From: Mizuhopecten yessoensis
Lineage: Eukaryota
Length of the DNA: 64,000 nucleotides
Reading direction: 5' to 3'
Assembly: GCF_002113885.1 (NCBI RefSeq)
Contig: NW_018405306.1
Coordinates: forward strand, 550,891 to 614,890
Position numbers and translations under genes: made by a program. The stretch's first letter is position 1. The number at the start of each line of letters is the position of its first letter. This document shows, piece by piece, positions 53,673 to 64,000 of this stretch. The notes under the pieces were generated by a model. The model worked only from the letters and a program-made list of their open reading frames with translations. It did no database searches and had not been told where the DNA came from.

Positions 53673-53790
53673 TGGTGGAGGAAAGCCGGAGTTCCGGAAA
53701 AAAACCAACGACCTGCTGCCAGTACATGGCGACTGCCCCACGCAGGTCCGGAGAAAAACCAACGACCTACGGCATTAACCACTTGGCCCC
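53640..53790 (-). mobile_element. SINE body with V-domain-like core, internally rearranged
   Basis: Minus strand reads GGTCGTTGGTTTTTTTCCGGAACTCCGGCTTTCCTCCACCAA, matching the TCCGGGTACTCCGGTTTCCTCC core of V-type SINEs; CCGGA.AAAAACCAACGACCT is duplicated. Confidence 0.75.
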
Positions 53791-54104
53791 ATCTGGTGTT
53801 CTATATAAACATATTTAACTGTATAGCTATCTATAACTATTTCTTCATGTTAGGCTAATACATTGAGTACAGTTGACTTACACCACAAGGTCTTCAAACT
53901 GTCATGTTTATAGTACTGTTTACTTTGATACTGGTACACAGTAGCTCTCGGTCAAGGAACTGACCAAAGGTCAATCGTTTAGATCACTGGTATGATGGAC
54001 AATGATACGTTCCCCTAAGACCATTTAATCTTAAAGTTTTATTGGCAAGTACATTTTTTACATTATTAAGTTCACTTTTTCATATTCGTTCAATCACTAG
54101 TCGC

Positions 54105-54415
54105 CTGATTGGTTTATTGAGTTAAGTGTCCTATTAACAGATGATGTCATGTGAAGATGTACACTCATGTGTGTAGTGTTTGCTTATGTGATGTAGGCGG
54201 TAAGTTGGTATATATTTGAGTTCCTTGTGATAGCGCAGATCTTATGCCGACTTTAAGCGTGCTTCCTCATGACTGAAATACTTTGCAGAAAGCTTCAAGC
54301 AAAATACTCCACAAATCATATTATAGTGACGACAGATAAAGAAAAGTTGTCCCGCTTACCATAAAAACATGGAATTACAACTATAACTTTAAAAATCTGT
54401 GGCACGTCCCATCGC
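54105..54415 (-). mobile_element. Decayed SINE (CORE-type-like) with the same 3' tail motif
   Basis: GTCCTATTAACAGATGATGTCATGTGAAGA tail; GATAGCGCAGATCTTATGCCGACTTTA...CATATTATAGTGACGAC. Confidence 0.55.
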
Positions 54416-55717
54416 TAGTAACCTGATCAAAAACCTTGCAAGGAATATCCATGCATCAATTTTTTTTCTGGAGCATAAATGTAATGAAATATTGAGCTCC
54501 CAAATGAGTGATGATTTCTCTCCAGTTCATTTAATATGAATTACTACATTCATTTTTATTGATAGTTTCGCAAGGTTCATGTATGTTTAACATCTGTAAG
54601 TAATACAAGTTGATATAAAGGAAAATATCATCACAGGTAACCAACCTTTCTTTCTCAGTAACATTAACATTTTGTCTGTGACATAACAATTTTTGTGCTG
54701 TCAAAGTTCATTTAAAGGTCTTAACCTGTATATTCACTAAATGATAATTTGTACAAACCATGTTCATAATCATCTAATGCTCCAGGACTTAAGAACAAAT
54801 GGCCCACAGGGTCTGCTTTGCTCAACTTGATATTTAAGCAATATTCTCATCACCACAAATTCTCCCTCTTTTGACTCCTATATTTTTTAATTTTTTATAG
54901 TAAATTTGGTTGAACTATGATCAATCATTCATGTAGAGTAGGCTTTCAAATACTTAAACATCCCAATCACATATTTTTGTACTTAGCACCCCAAATAACC
55001 AAAATTATATGTATCTGAATTTCAGATGCTAGTGACAAGAAATAAAAAAGAAAAATTGTAACTTTTGCAGACATTTCTCAACTACACATCAAAGCTATAA
55101 AAACTATAACTATAAGCTAAAAATAATTCACAAAAGGTGCTTTGTTTTGCTTTTAAATGACACCTAACAATCAAAATCTTCACATTTTGTGCACAAAAAC
55201 TTTTTTGCTACAGAATAACACAACCTTTAATTTAATTTTAGTATTATTTGTCATGCAAAAAAACAAAACAAATTATTTATTGTGAAATTTGACACAAAAT
55301 GATGATTTCCTGTTAGGCTGACCTGGACTCTTTGATCTCTGGAAATATTACAATTCTAGCAGGTTACCAACGACTTTGCAGACTGCTATATATGTTGTAA
55401 ATAGCAGACAGGTAACTGGCAATTTGAGGAAAGTAATAAATCCGTTTTCAGATTAGTCTCCACCAAGTGTGTTACTTCCTCAATAATATTTACATCTGAA
55501 TATCAAGGATAACTTGGTTTTCACATCAACAAATATGAATCTGTTTTCACTGATGTACAAATTAAACAAATGTATGTCAAGTACGTCAATAACTGCATCT
55601 GGAAAGTGAGGCATTCTTTGTACCAAGTCCAGCTTTATGTGATTCCCCCTTCTGCTCCTCTGCAGATGTTAGATTTGATCAATTAACAATCATCCATCTT
55701 AACTCCTGCTGCAGCAC

Positions 55718-55973
55718 TGTCTTAACTCACAAGAGTCATTTTCCCTCGTTCTAAACTCACCAGAGTCAACTTCCCTGTGTCTTAACTCACCAGAGTCAAC
55801 TCTCCTCTGTCTAAACTCACCAGAGTCAATGTCTTCTGTCTAAACACACCAGAGTCGATTTCCTCTGTCTAAACTCACCAGAGTCAATTTCCCCTGTCTC
55901 AACTCACCAGTCAATTTCCTGTCTCAACTTGTAAGAGTCAATATTTCTGTGGCTCAACTCACCAGAGTCAATT
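55718..55973. repeat. ~30-bp minisatellite (AACTCACCAGAGTCAATTTCCCTCTGTCT), about 9 copies, just 3' of the INTS11 stop
   Basis: Units at 55723, 55753, 55783, 55813 and onward. Confidence 0.9.
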
Positions 55974-56096
55974 TGGTGGATGCACAAAAAAGTTTCACTT
56001 TAATGAAGCACTTTTGTATAAGATGGTTTCACGACATAATCTGCCTTCATTTATACTTAGCTATATATATAAATATATCATTGGATGTAGGTTACT

Positions 56097-56153
56097 TCAG
56101 GTCACAAGTTCAGACTTTAACAGCTGCAAGAGGTAGCTTCCAACATCTTCGTC
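56097..56153 (-). CDS. INTS11: INTS11 terminal coding exon (DEDVGSYLLQLLKSELVT*)
   Basis: tttacag acceptor, TGA stop; matches the INTS11 C-terminal DEELGSFL region. Confidence 0.9.
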   Translation of the reverse strand, partial: DEDVGSYLLQLLKSELVT

Positions 56154-56738
56154 CTGTAAAAAATGTCAAAAAAGAAAAATGTTGGTACTTTAGTCAAACG
56201 TTCAAAGATATTTCAAGAATAAGTCTATACCAAAATATATTAATCATATATTTGTCCATGATGTCAGTTGTTTTATGTGTTTGATTCTACTAGCTGTGAA
56301 AATTAACCCTGATTAGCCCCTATCCGTCTGCACTCGCAATAACAACCCTGCATGCACAATCTTTGCCCAACAGTTTCCATATTCAGTTCATTTCTGGTTC
56401 AACTCCTTTTAGAAAAATTGTGCCTTAATTTCACTCATTTTTTTATCATTAATATGTTTTTTATTAATTTGTACTGAAATATATTATATATTATAGAGTG
56501 AGGTATATTTTGTATGATTTTTTTTTTAACCAAGATCACTGTTGTAGATTCGTTTCTTGTTTAAATCATCTTAAAGTTTATGATTTTTTTTATAAAAAAG
56601 TTCTGCAAGATATGGTTTTCTTTTCAGAATTGATATCAAAGGTATTGCCGGAAAAAACAGCTTTTAATGTTTAGTTATAGTTTTTTGCAGTGGTTATGTG
56701 ATCCCGAAGATATCAGATAAATTATGCTTTAGATGTAC

Positions 56739-56862
56739 CTGGTAGGACCATGACACCAAGACTGACTTGGACTCTTCATCTCCAGATACCTGGACCAGGA
56801 CAGAATCTGATATGGTGATACTACCATCTGACGAATAGTGGGTAGGGAAGTCCTTCAGTTGG
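56739..56862 (-). CDS. INTS11: INTS11 exon (SQLKDFPTHYSSDGSITISDSVLVQVSGDEESKSVLVSWSYQ)
   Basis: AG/GT sites; 124 nt, phase 2 to 0; DGS.T...SVL and LVSW.YQ motifs. Confidence 0.92.
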
Positions 56863-57391
56863 CTGTTTTAAAGGGGAAAAATACATGCAAAATATGTGGT
56901 GGTATATTGTTTATTTTACTATTACTGTAAAAAGAAATAGGATTTTTGGTATTGGATTCATCAGTTTGGTTATGAATAATACATGCTAGGTTTGTTTTGA
57001 ACACAAACAGCAATAGAAAACTTATTTTGCAAGCTTTCCAAAACGTCTGTTTCCTTCGTCAAGCAAAGAGTGCAAATGACTGTTGTCTCCAGTCTAAACC
57101 GATGAAAACAAGTCACTGAGCCACAATGTGCCTGGTCAGTTAATTCAGCTGTCACAAAATACAGGAACTTTGTTCCAATAAGGGGGCCAACATATCATGC
57201 TTGACTCTTCTTGAAGTTATTACAGGACAATGAAATTTTAGCATTTGTTTGCATTTCTACTGAACTGCAAGCGATATGGTTGGGCTTATAATCAGGCATG
57301 GGCTTATTAATACCAGGGTATATTTATAGCAACAATGTGATAATGTACCACTGGAGCAGACATGTATACCACAATATAATAGGCTTGATAC

Positions 57392-57534
57392 CTTTTCACC
57401 AGCTGGTAAATTTTGTCAGCAGTTTCTGTCGTGGGTCCTTCCTCATCGAAAGCTAGTGTGGAAGTAAACCTAAGCTGGTGCTCGGCTAGGCCGAAATCCT
57501 GGAGTGCATCTGCTGCATCAATCAACTGGAGCTT
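57392..57534 (-). CDS. INTS11: INTS11 exon (KLQLIDAADALQDFGLAEHQLRFTS...IYQLVK)
   Basis: GLAEHQLRFT motif; 143 nt, phase 0 to 2. Confidence 0.94.
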
Positions 57535-57917
57535 CTGTGTCACAAACAGGACAGAACACGATTCAGGATTGTGACTGCGTTATTCTTTGTCTATTTCTTA
57601 TGCAATTCGAGCAAACTTTCTTGATTTAATCAAATGAAATATTAATGAAATATAACAAGGGACCAATGGCCCACATTTTGTAAAATTGTTTGCGGGAAGA
57701 GAATACAGCCAATGCATATGTACACAATTAATATCATGAAGAATAAAGGATACTCAACACCTCACATGAATGGTTGGGAAACTTTACTTCTCATCTACAC
57801 AGTGGTTCTCTGTGGAAAGGGGGTTAACTCTTATCATAAATTATCTATCTTACATACAGAAGAGTTCTCCACACTAAATTATAAATAATGGTTTGGGACG
57901 CCCTTTCATCATTACGT

Positions 57918-57975
57918 CCTCAAATGACTACTGAGTGTTAAATAACTAATTTTAACACTCAGTAGTCATTTGAGG
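57918..57975. repeat. Perfect hairpin: 25-bp stem, 8-nt loop, in an INTS11 intron
   Basis: CCTCAAATGACTACTGAGTGTTAAA-TAACTAAT-TTTAACACTCAGTAGTCATTTGAGG. Confidence 0.95.
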
Positions 57976-58285
57976 TTTCAGCCTGCTATGTGCGTAGTCA
58001 TCATCAGGATGATATATGTCCATGATTTTAAGTTAATTACCTGAGTAAATACCTTGACCCTTGAAACTTGTTTCACAAAATACTAAGCTGTATCATCAGT
58101 GAATGTCATTTACCTGTATTTTTTGTGATGAAGTGATAGTATGTATACATTGATCATATTAAAACAAGTGACAACAGAAGCTACATATATCTGAGGGAAA
58201 AACAGGGTTTCAAGGAAACATGATATTAACCAGATAGTGATAATAAACAGAGTGATATTAACTGGAAAGTACTGTAGAGACTTAC

Positions 58286-58350
58286 ACTTCCCTTCATCAC
58301 CAGAGCCCCATGTAAAACCCTTGGCCTCTTCGCATCAGGGGGAAGCAGAC
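58286..58350 (-). CDS. INTS11: INTS11 exon (GLLPPDAKRPRVLHGALVMKGS)
   Basis: tttacag / gtaagt; 65 nt, phase 1 to 0. Confidence 0.93.
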
Positions 58351-58669
58351 CTGTAAATGGAAAATTTTCCATTCAAAGGAATTGCATATTCAAATCCTTG
58401 AAATTAGCAGTTAGCAGAGGGTTATATCACTCATCTGGATATTTAAGCAAGCAAGGCAAATTATTCTCATTAACAGTTATACATATCAAAAGTGTTTCCA
58501 ATTACATTTTAGGCTTTGCTTTCAGACTCAGAAAGAAAGCGCACATCATTTGCATAAAGTTTGATTTCCTATTGACAAGGGTTTGGTTGAAATAAACCTA
58601 ACTGCATTGTCAAGAGGAATAGGCTTTTTAATACTCAAAACCAAGTTTTCTCGTTTTGGCACATTCGCA

Positions 58670-59020
58670 ACACTCAAGGAGTAATGCTCACTTGTGCTCT
58701 CTGCATCCCTGGAATATGTCTAAGCAAAGTTGAAGGCAAGATGCTTGCTTTTTGGTTGGTCTCAGGTAAAAAAAAGACAGAAAAATCACTAAGCTGATAC
58801 CTTTGCTATGAAGATTACAGAGAAGGGACATCTGACTTCAAAGCAGGCAATGTTACCATTACGCGACTGTGAAATTCTTTTGATGTACATCGAATGATCA
58901 AATTAACTAGTATTCTCATCTCACTTACAAGGTGTTGCACACTGAGCCTTCAGTTTTGTCATGACATATTCGAGGGGAGCATATAGTTTAAGTGCACGTA
59001 ACCCCTGGAGTATCAAGGAT
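58670..59020. mobile_element. Decayed second copy of the 40350-40709 MITE
   Basis: GCTCTCTGCATCCCTGGAATATGTC; TTTGATGTACATC; CGTAACCCCTGGAGTATCAAGGATG. Confidence 0.8.
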
Positions 59021-60474
59021 GCTGTTGGCATTGCTCAACAGCCTGCAGGAGAACTGCAATCTTCCATTTTATTAAACAACAACAGATTCCATAGTTCCAA
59101 GGACCAAGTATATTTGAACGGAAATTTGGCTGAGATCCGAATGACATGTATGCGTACATAATAAAAGAGCCTCAGCTATTTCCCTTGGACAAAGTCCCTC
59201 GGAACGTGGTACACAATGTTCTTTTAGGCATAAATTTATTAATCTATGCCTAGTAACTATTTCTTAATGAATGGGAATTTCAAATGTTTTACATGTTATG
59301 ACTCAGGATTAATATAAGTCCCCAGGGGCAGGGCTAGACCCAGGAGTTGATCTAGTAGCGTGTTTGGGCTTGTCTCCTCATGCCAAACTATTGTTGTAGG
59401 AATATAAGATGATTCAATGCCAGACCCTGACTGTTTGTAAAAAAGACTGAGTTTAAAAAAATCTGCCTAATACACAATTCAAACAACAGATGTAGGGGAT
59501 TTAAATTCAGATATTGGGAGTTTCAAAATTTGTCTGAAACAAGACTTTTGCAGGTGACATACAATAAATGCTTAGTTTGTTTTGAACACAAACAACAATT
59601 GAAAAGTTATTTTGCAAGGTTTCGGAAATATCCGTTTTCATTGTCAAGCAAAGAGCGCATGTTTTTGAAAGCTCGCAAAGTAAGTTTTCAAATCCTATTT
59701 TTGTTCAAAGTAAACTTAGCATTTATTATTTAAATCAAACTGATGAATCTTATTCCCAGTATTAGATCTGATATGGACAGTCCTCAGTCCAAACATTTAG
59801 ACAGGCAGAGGACAAGAAACTCACTCGTCATGAGAATCATTTGAAAAGACTGAACTACAGATTTCATTGTTCATTGTGCTCTCTCTTAAAAGCAGTCATA
59901 AGCGGATATCAACGTCATTGCTGAAGTGATTTTGTAGTAGTGTTACAAGTTGATGAAAGAAGCATAATTACCATATAGCAGGCTATTTATGCGGGTTTAA
60001 TTCCCACTGATTATGATTTCACGATCTAGCCAGGTGAAGGAACTAAATTTTTGCAGTGTTTTGGATAGAGACTGGGCACTTAGTATATATAATGTCAAAT
60101 AGTCAAATGGATATGCTTTATTACAACGTATTAAGTAAAAACAGTCATGTATGTTTTGTTAAACAAATCATCTAAAAAATCATTACAGGTGTGATATAAC
60201 CTTTTTACAAACATCATTACTGTCTATGTATAGCAATCGTCACAACCCCCACATGCACGCTTTTTCATGACAACATTACGAAGTTTATATCCCAGGTCAT
60301 TTTATGCTTGTCATATTATTCTGCAGATCATATTTCACGATATTGTTAATGACCCACGAAATCGTTAAAATATCATCCCGCGGAAATATCCTCATAACAA
60401 ACAAACACATGCTAAATCTGTGTTTTTGTATGATAAGTCACTGTAGATACTTTGTAGTGTTTAATACTACGTAC

Positions 60475-60585
60475 CAACTTTGGCCGATTCTCTCTTTAAC
60501 AAGGACAGTGAAATATCGACAGGAATGTTATGTTTCGTCTCCATAACAGCCGTCTCCCCATTGGCTGGCATGAAACAGCCAATAC
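60475..60585 (-). CDS. INTS11: INTS11 exon ([37 protein letters not shown])
   Basis: MPANGET motif; 111 nt, phase 1 to 1. Confidence 0.94.
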
Positions 60586-61284
60586 CTTCAAAGCAAAAAT
60601 AACTTCAATAAGATTCAGTGGAGACTAATAAATAAGATTACCCCTATGTAACTTTAGTAGACTCTACCATGCATTGATCTGGATGATACCATTATGGTCT
60701 ACAGTGGTGAAAGGGTTAAACATTTCAATCAAATCTTGCAAAAAATTAAGCTCACTGATCATCTTTGTTACTGCAGTTTTCAATAATAGTTTTATTTCCT
60801 GAATTAGGTATTGCAAAGTTGAACATATATATTTCAAGCAGTGAACTGACTTTTTTTTCGCATGTGAAATAATTAATGTTTCAGTATAGTATTTGTATTA
60901 CATATAATGTAGTTGCACCAACTCAGGAATGTGCCAAGTCTATATCTGTTGATATCTAACAATGCACTAAACTTTGAGCGCATTACAAAAAGCATGTGTA
61001 CGGTGAGAAGCCAGCATTTCTAATATTTAGATATTAACTAAATACTAATTATGTCTATATTTTTATTTCTGAATAGCCCTCAGAGAAAACAAATGATGAA
61101 ATAATAATGCATGCTGAAATATGTTGGGAAACAATGTAATGAAGCTATAATGAATGCTGTAATATGTTGGGATAAAAATATATCTCATCTGAAACCAAAA
61201 TCAGATATAGACTCTGTGGACAAATTTAGTATAACTTTACTGGTCCACGTCACTGAACAGACTATCCATAGCCAGCTGACTTAC

Positions 61285-61447
61285 TAAATTCTTGTTTGAT
61301 TTTCGTCTTAAGGAACTCCATCTTGACTGCCTCCCCATGAACCAGCAGGACATTACGGGGTTCACATTGACTAATGAGCTGCATGATACCCTTAGCATCA
61401 GCATGAGCACTGAACGACATATATTCCACAGCTAATTTCACATCCAA
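61285..61447 (-). CDS. INTS11: INTS11 exon with beta-CASP motifs (SFSAHAD, LVHGE)
   Basis: [18 protein letters not shown]...[14 protein letters not shown]; 163 nt, phase 0 to 1; donor gtaagt. Confidence 0.97.
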
Positions 61448-62047
61448 CTGTAAACGTAAATATGGCCAAAGGTAAAAGGGAGATAACCAATCAATATATT
61501 TAATATTTTTATTTTTCTCAACTTAAAATACATTGCTGATAAGTAAAGGTACTGGTACTATATGAAGTAAACAATGAAATTTAATTTAACTTATAAGATA
61601 ATCAAACTCTCAATATTTTGTCCTTTCAAAAATAGCAAGATGTATTTTACAGATGAAGTTATATTGTCTGAATACTTGATTATCTTTAATACAGAGTAAA
61701 TTTCTTATTGATACAATTTGACAATCTTTCAAATAAAATGAATTTATACAGATAACATTTTATTATCTTACAGATAAAATTTCTTTATCGTACAGATAAA
61801 ATTAAATTATCTGACAGATGAAATTTTGAAATATCATTATTTCTATAAGAAATAAAATTTAAAAAAAAAGCACATAATCTGGGTTTTAAAAGTACCACTT
61901 TCAGAAAAACCTGAAGGCACAAGATTTTAACTTTAATTTGGTTCGAAAATCTCAGTTTTAACGCTTGACTTATGTAATTATTGTGAGTTAATTTATACTT
62001 ATAAAACTCGTACAACTGGATCCCCTACTATAGAGCATATATCTCAC

Positions 62048-62137
62048 CATTTGTTTGTTCTCCATTTCCAGTTTCCGGACGCCATTAAGGATTTTATGTC
62101 CCACTGTTCCCGCCACACAGTAGCCGGGCATAATTAC
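62048..62137 (-). CDS. INTS11: INTS11 exon ([30 protein letters not shown])
   Basis: 90 nt; catag acceptor, gtgaga donor. Confidence 0.96.
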
Positions 62138-62196
62138 CTATGGAAAGACACAGAACAAGGCAGGGTAAAAATAAAAAAACATGATGTTGGGTTGAA

Positions 62197-62283
62197 TTAA
62201 CTCATTCACCCTTGAAGACACATGAACTCTTCCAATTCAAAGGTTGGAATAGTTCATTATGAAATTTCAGGGGTGAATGATTT
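62197..62283 (-). mobile_element. TTAA MITE copy in an INTS11 intron
   Basis: TTAACTCATTCACCCTTGAAGACAC...TTCAGGGGTGAATGA. Confidence 0.82.
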
Positions 62284-62446
62284 GAACAATTTCATATAAA
62301 AGTGAAATGTGTCAAAAACAAACACAAATGTGACTTTTTAATTTGAATTGATAAATTTGAAATAACATATAGGTTTAGTTTACATGAGAACTTATGAATT
62401 ATCTCAAAAGTTTGTACAGGTTATCAGTCATACAAAGATTACAAAC

Positions 62447-62569
62447 CATGTTCTTTTCATTGGGTGCCCAGCGTTTGAAGACTTGCAGTGAAAGCCCAGC
62501 ATGCAACATTCCAGGAGTGGCAAACACCACCATTGGTCCAGGGTTGTCAATGTAGGCCCGGTCAAATGG
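62447..62569 (-). CDS. INTS11: INTS11 exon ([41 protein letters not shown])
   Basis: 123 nt; ATPGMLHAG motif distinguishes it from CPSF3 (ASPGM). Confidence 0.97.
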
Positions 62570-63099
62570 CTGAAAGGCAAACCATATATCATAGATTGAA
62601 TTCTGTTATACCTTTACCAGTAGTAACAGACAGAGGTGGTCATAAACTGTAAAACTGAAAAAATGACACAATAAATCATTTCAATATATACATGTACATT
62701 TATAAATATAGACACATTCTTAACTTGACTACTCAACAGATATTTGTTTGGTCACTTGTAGAACTTTTGAAGCTGAAAAATGGACCAAATGCATCAGGAT
62801 ATTGAATGCTGAGTGATGTATCCCGTAATTTAACTTCCACCTTTTTTCACTTTTAGTTATTAAGGCAATTTATCATGACATTAAATATTGGTACAATGCA
62901 TACAATACATAGTAATTACAGGTGAAAGGCCAAATTAACACAGCGTAAATAAGGATTTTACCATTGAAGTGAAAATACTTGATTGGTATGGAGTATAATT
63001 TGAACATTACTATAGTACCAAAATACATTTTAACCATAGCCCGCCAGCAAGGTACGTATTTGTATCCCCTTATAATGGCTCTTCTACTTATGACATTCA

Positions 63100-63347
63100 C
63101 CTCTTGTAACCTTAACTACTCGTAACCTTGACTACCTGTAACCTTAATTACTTCTAACCTTAACTATACTTGCAGCCTTGACTTCTTATTACCTTGACTA
63201 CTTGCAACCTTGACTACTTGTAACCTTGACTACTTGTAACCTCGACTATACTTGTAACCTTGACTTCCTGTTACTTTGATTACTTATAACCTTAACTACT
63301 TGTAACCTTGAGTACTTGTAATCTTGACTACTTGTTACTTTAACTAC
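63100..63347. repeat. 16-bp minisatellite (CTTGTAACCTTGACTA), about 15 copies
   Basis: Tandem units starting about 10 nt inside the intron from the donor at 63357. Confidence 0.9.
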
Positions 63348-63357
63348 ACAGACCTAC

Positions 63358-63453
63358 CTTTATGTGCTTGAACTCAAACATGTTTCTTTCCACAAATGTC
63401 TTTTTAATTTTCTGGCTAGTCCATGTAATAAACAGCTTGTAGTAGTGATTTGC
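63358..63453 (-). CDS. INTS11: INTS11 exon ([32 protein letters not shown]); upstream exons lie beyond the window
   Basis: 96 nt; ttttcag acceptor, gtaggt donor. Confidence 0.96.
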
Positions 63454-63741
63454 CTGAAAATAGTAAATATACATGATCGTTAATGATAGTCTCTGATTAT
63501 TAATAAATGTTATTCTGAGAAAAAAAACATGGATTTAAATTCTGTTGTATTTCAGCAAGTGACTTGTATGTTAATTACACTGTAGAGATATATTGTAAAA
63601 GAAAAGAACTACCATGGAAATTAAATGCTTTGAATTATTTAAAAAATCACATTTGTACAATGCTTTTTTTGACCAGTAAAATAATATTTGTGTATTCACA
63701 ATGTCACATTATAGAATTTAATTGAATATGTTAAATGTAAA

Positions 63742-63950
63742 TAAGGCCTATTCCAGATATAAGCATGTGCAACGGAGGGCAGGATGGCATGCAGGCAGGA
63801 GGTCACTTTTCATTTATAATGGTGAAGTTATAAAATATTGTAATTATATATTTGTATAGGGGAACCCAGGATGAAAACAATTGTGGATGTTTGGGCCATA
63901 AAAAGTGCCTCCCTATTCCTTCATATACTTATTTCCGGATAAGCCCTTTA
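63742..63950. mobile_element. ~200-bp MITE-like element
   Basis: TAAGGCCTATTCCAGATATAAGCATGTG...CATATACTTATTTCCGGATAAGCCCTTTA imperfect inverted ends. Confidence 0.6.
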
Positions 63951-64000
63951 AATTCAGCCCTTTCAAATAGTCTGAACTGTGTAAATTTCACTAATTCAGA

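Noticed and set aside
61262-61447. CPSF3 (CPSF73) or a prokaryotic beta-CASP nuclease
   Set aside because: [27 protein letters not shown] and GLAEHQLRFT are INTS11-type motifs and the gene is spliced.

Overview
AT-rich, intron-containing animal genomic DNA. It is most likely a bivalve mollusc, inferred from the SINE, HINE and MITE types; it is not prokaryotic and has no CRISPR array or operon. Two host genes are supported, both on the minus strand. (1) The last nine coding exons of INTS11/CPSF3L (Integrator endonuclease subunit) run from 63453 down to the stop at 56097, all with GT-AG sites in consistent phase. (2) The first coding exon of a non-Shaker (Shaw/Kv3-like) voltage-gated K+ channel (21504-21013) encodes a T1 domain with an intact HX5CX20CC zinc site; I could not find its transmembrane exons in the window. 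The rest is repeat: two unrelated 22-bp minisatellites (8.9 kb and 3.1 kb), a 62-bp satellite, a satellite built from a SINE 3' tail, a Helentron/HINE-type element with ~146-bp internal repeats, decayed L1/Tx1 and Penelope retroelements, and several MITE families. Most short ORFs in the track are artefacts of these repeats. The best candidate for something new is a 97-bp, ~94% identical inverted repeat pair enclosing the Kv T1 exon in a 3.8-kb unit, which could be an exon-carrying Pack-type element or a structure that promotes back-splicing or editing. I cannot demonstrate a novel system from sequence alone.
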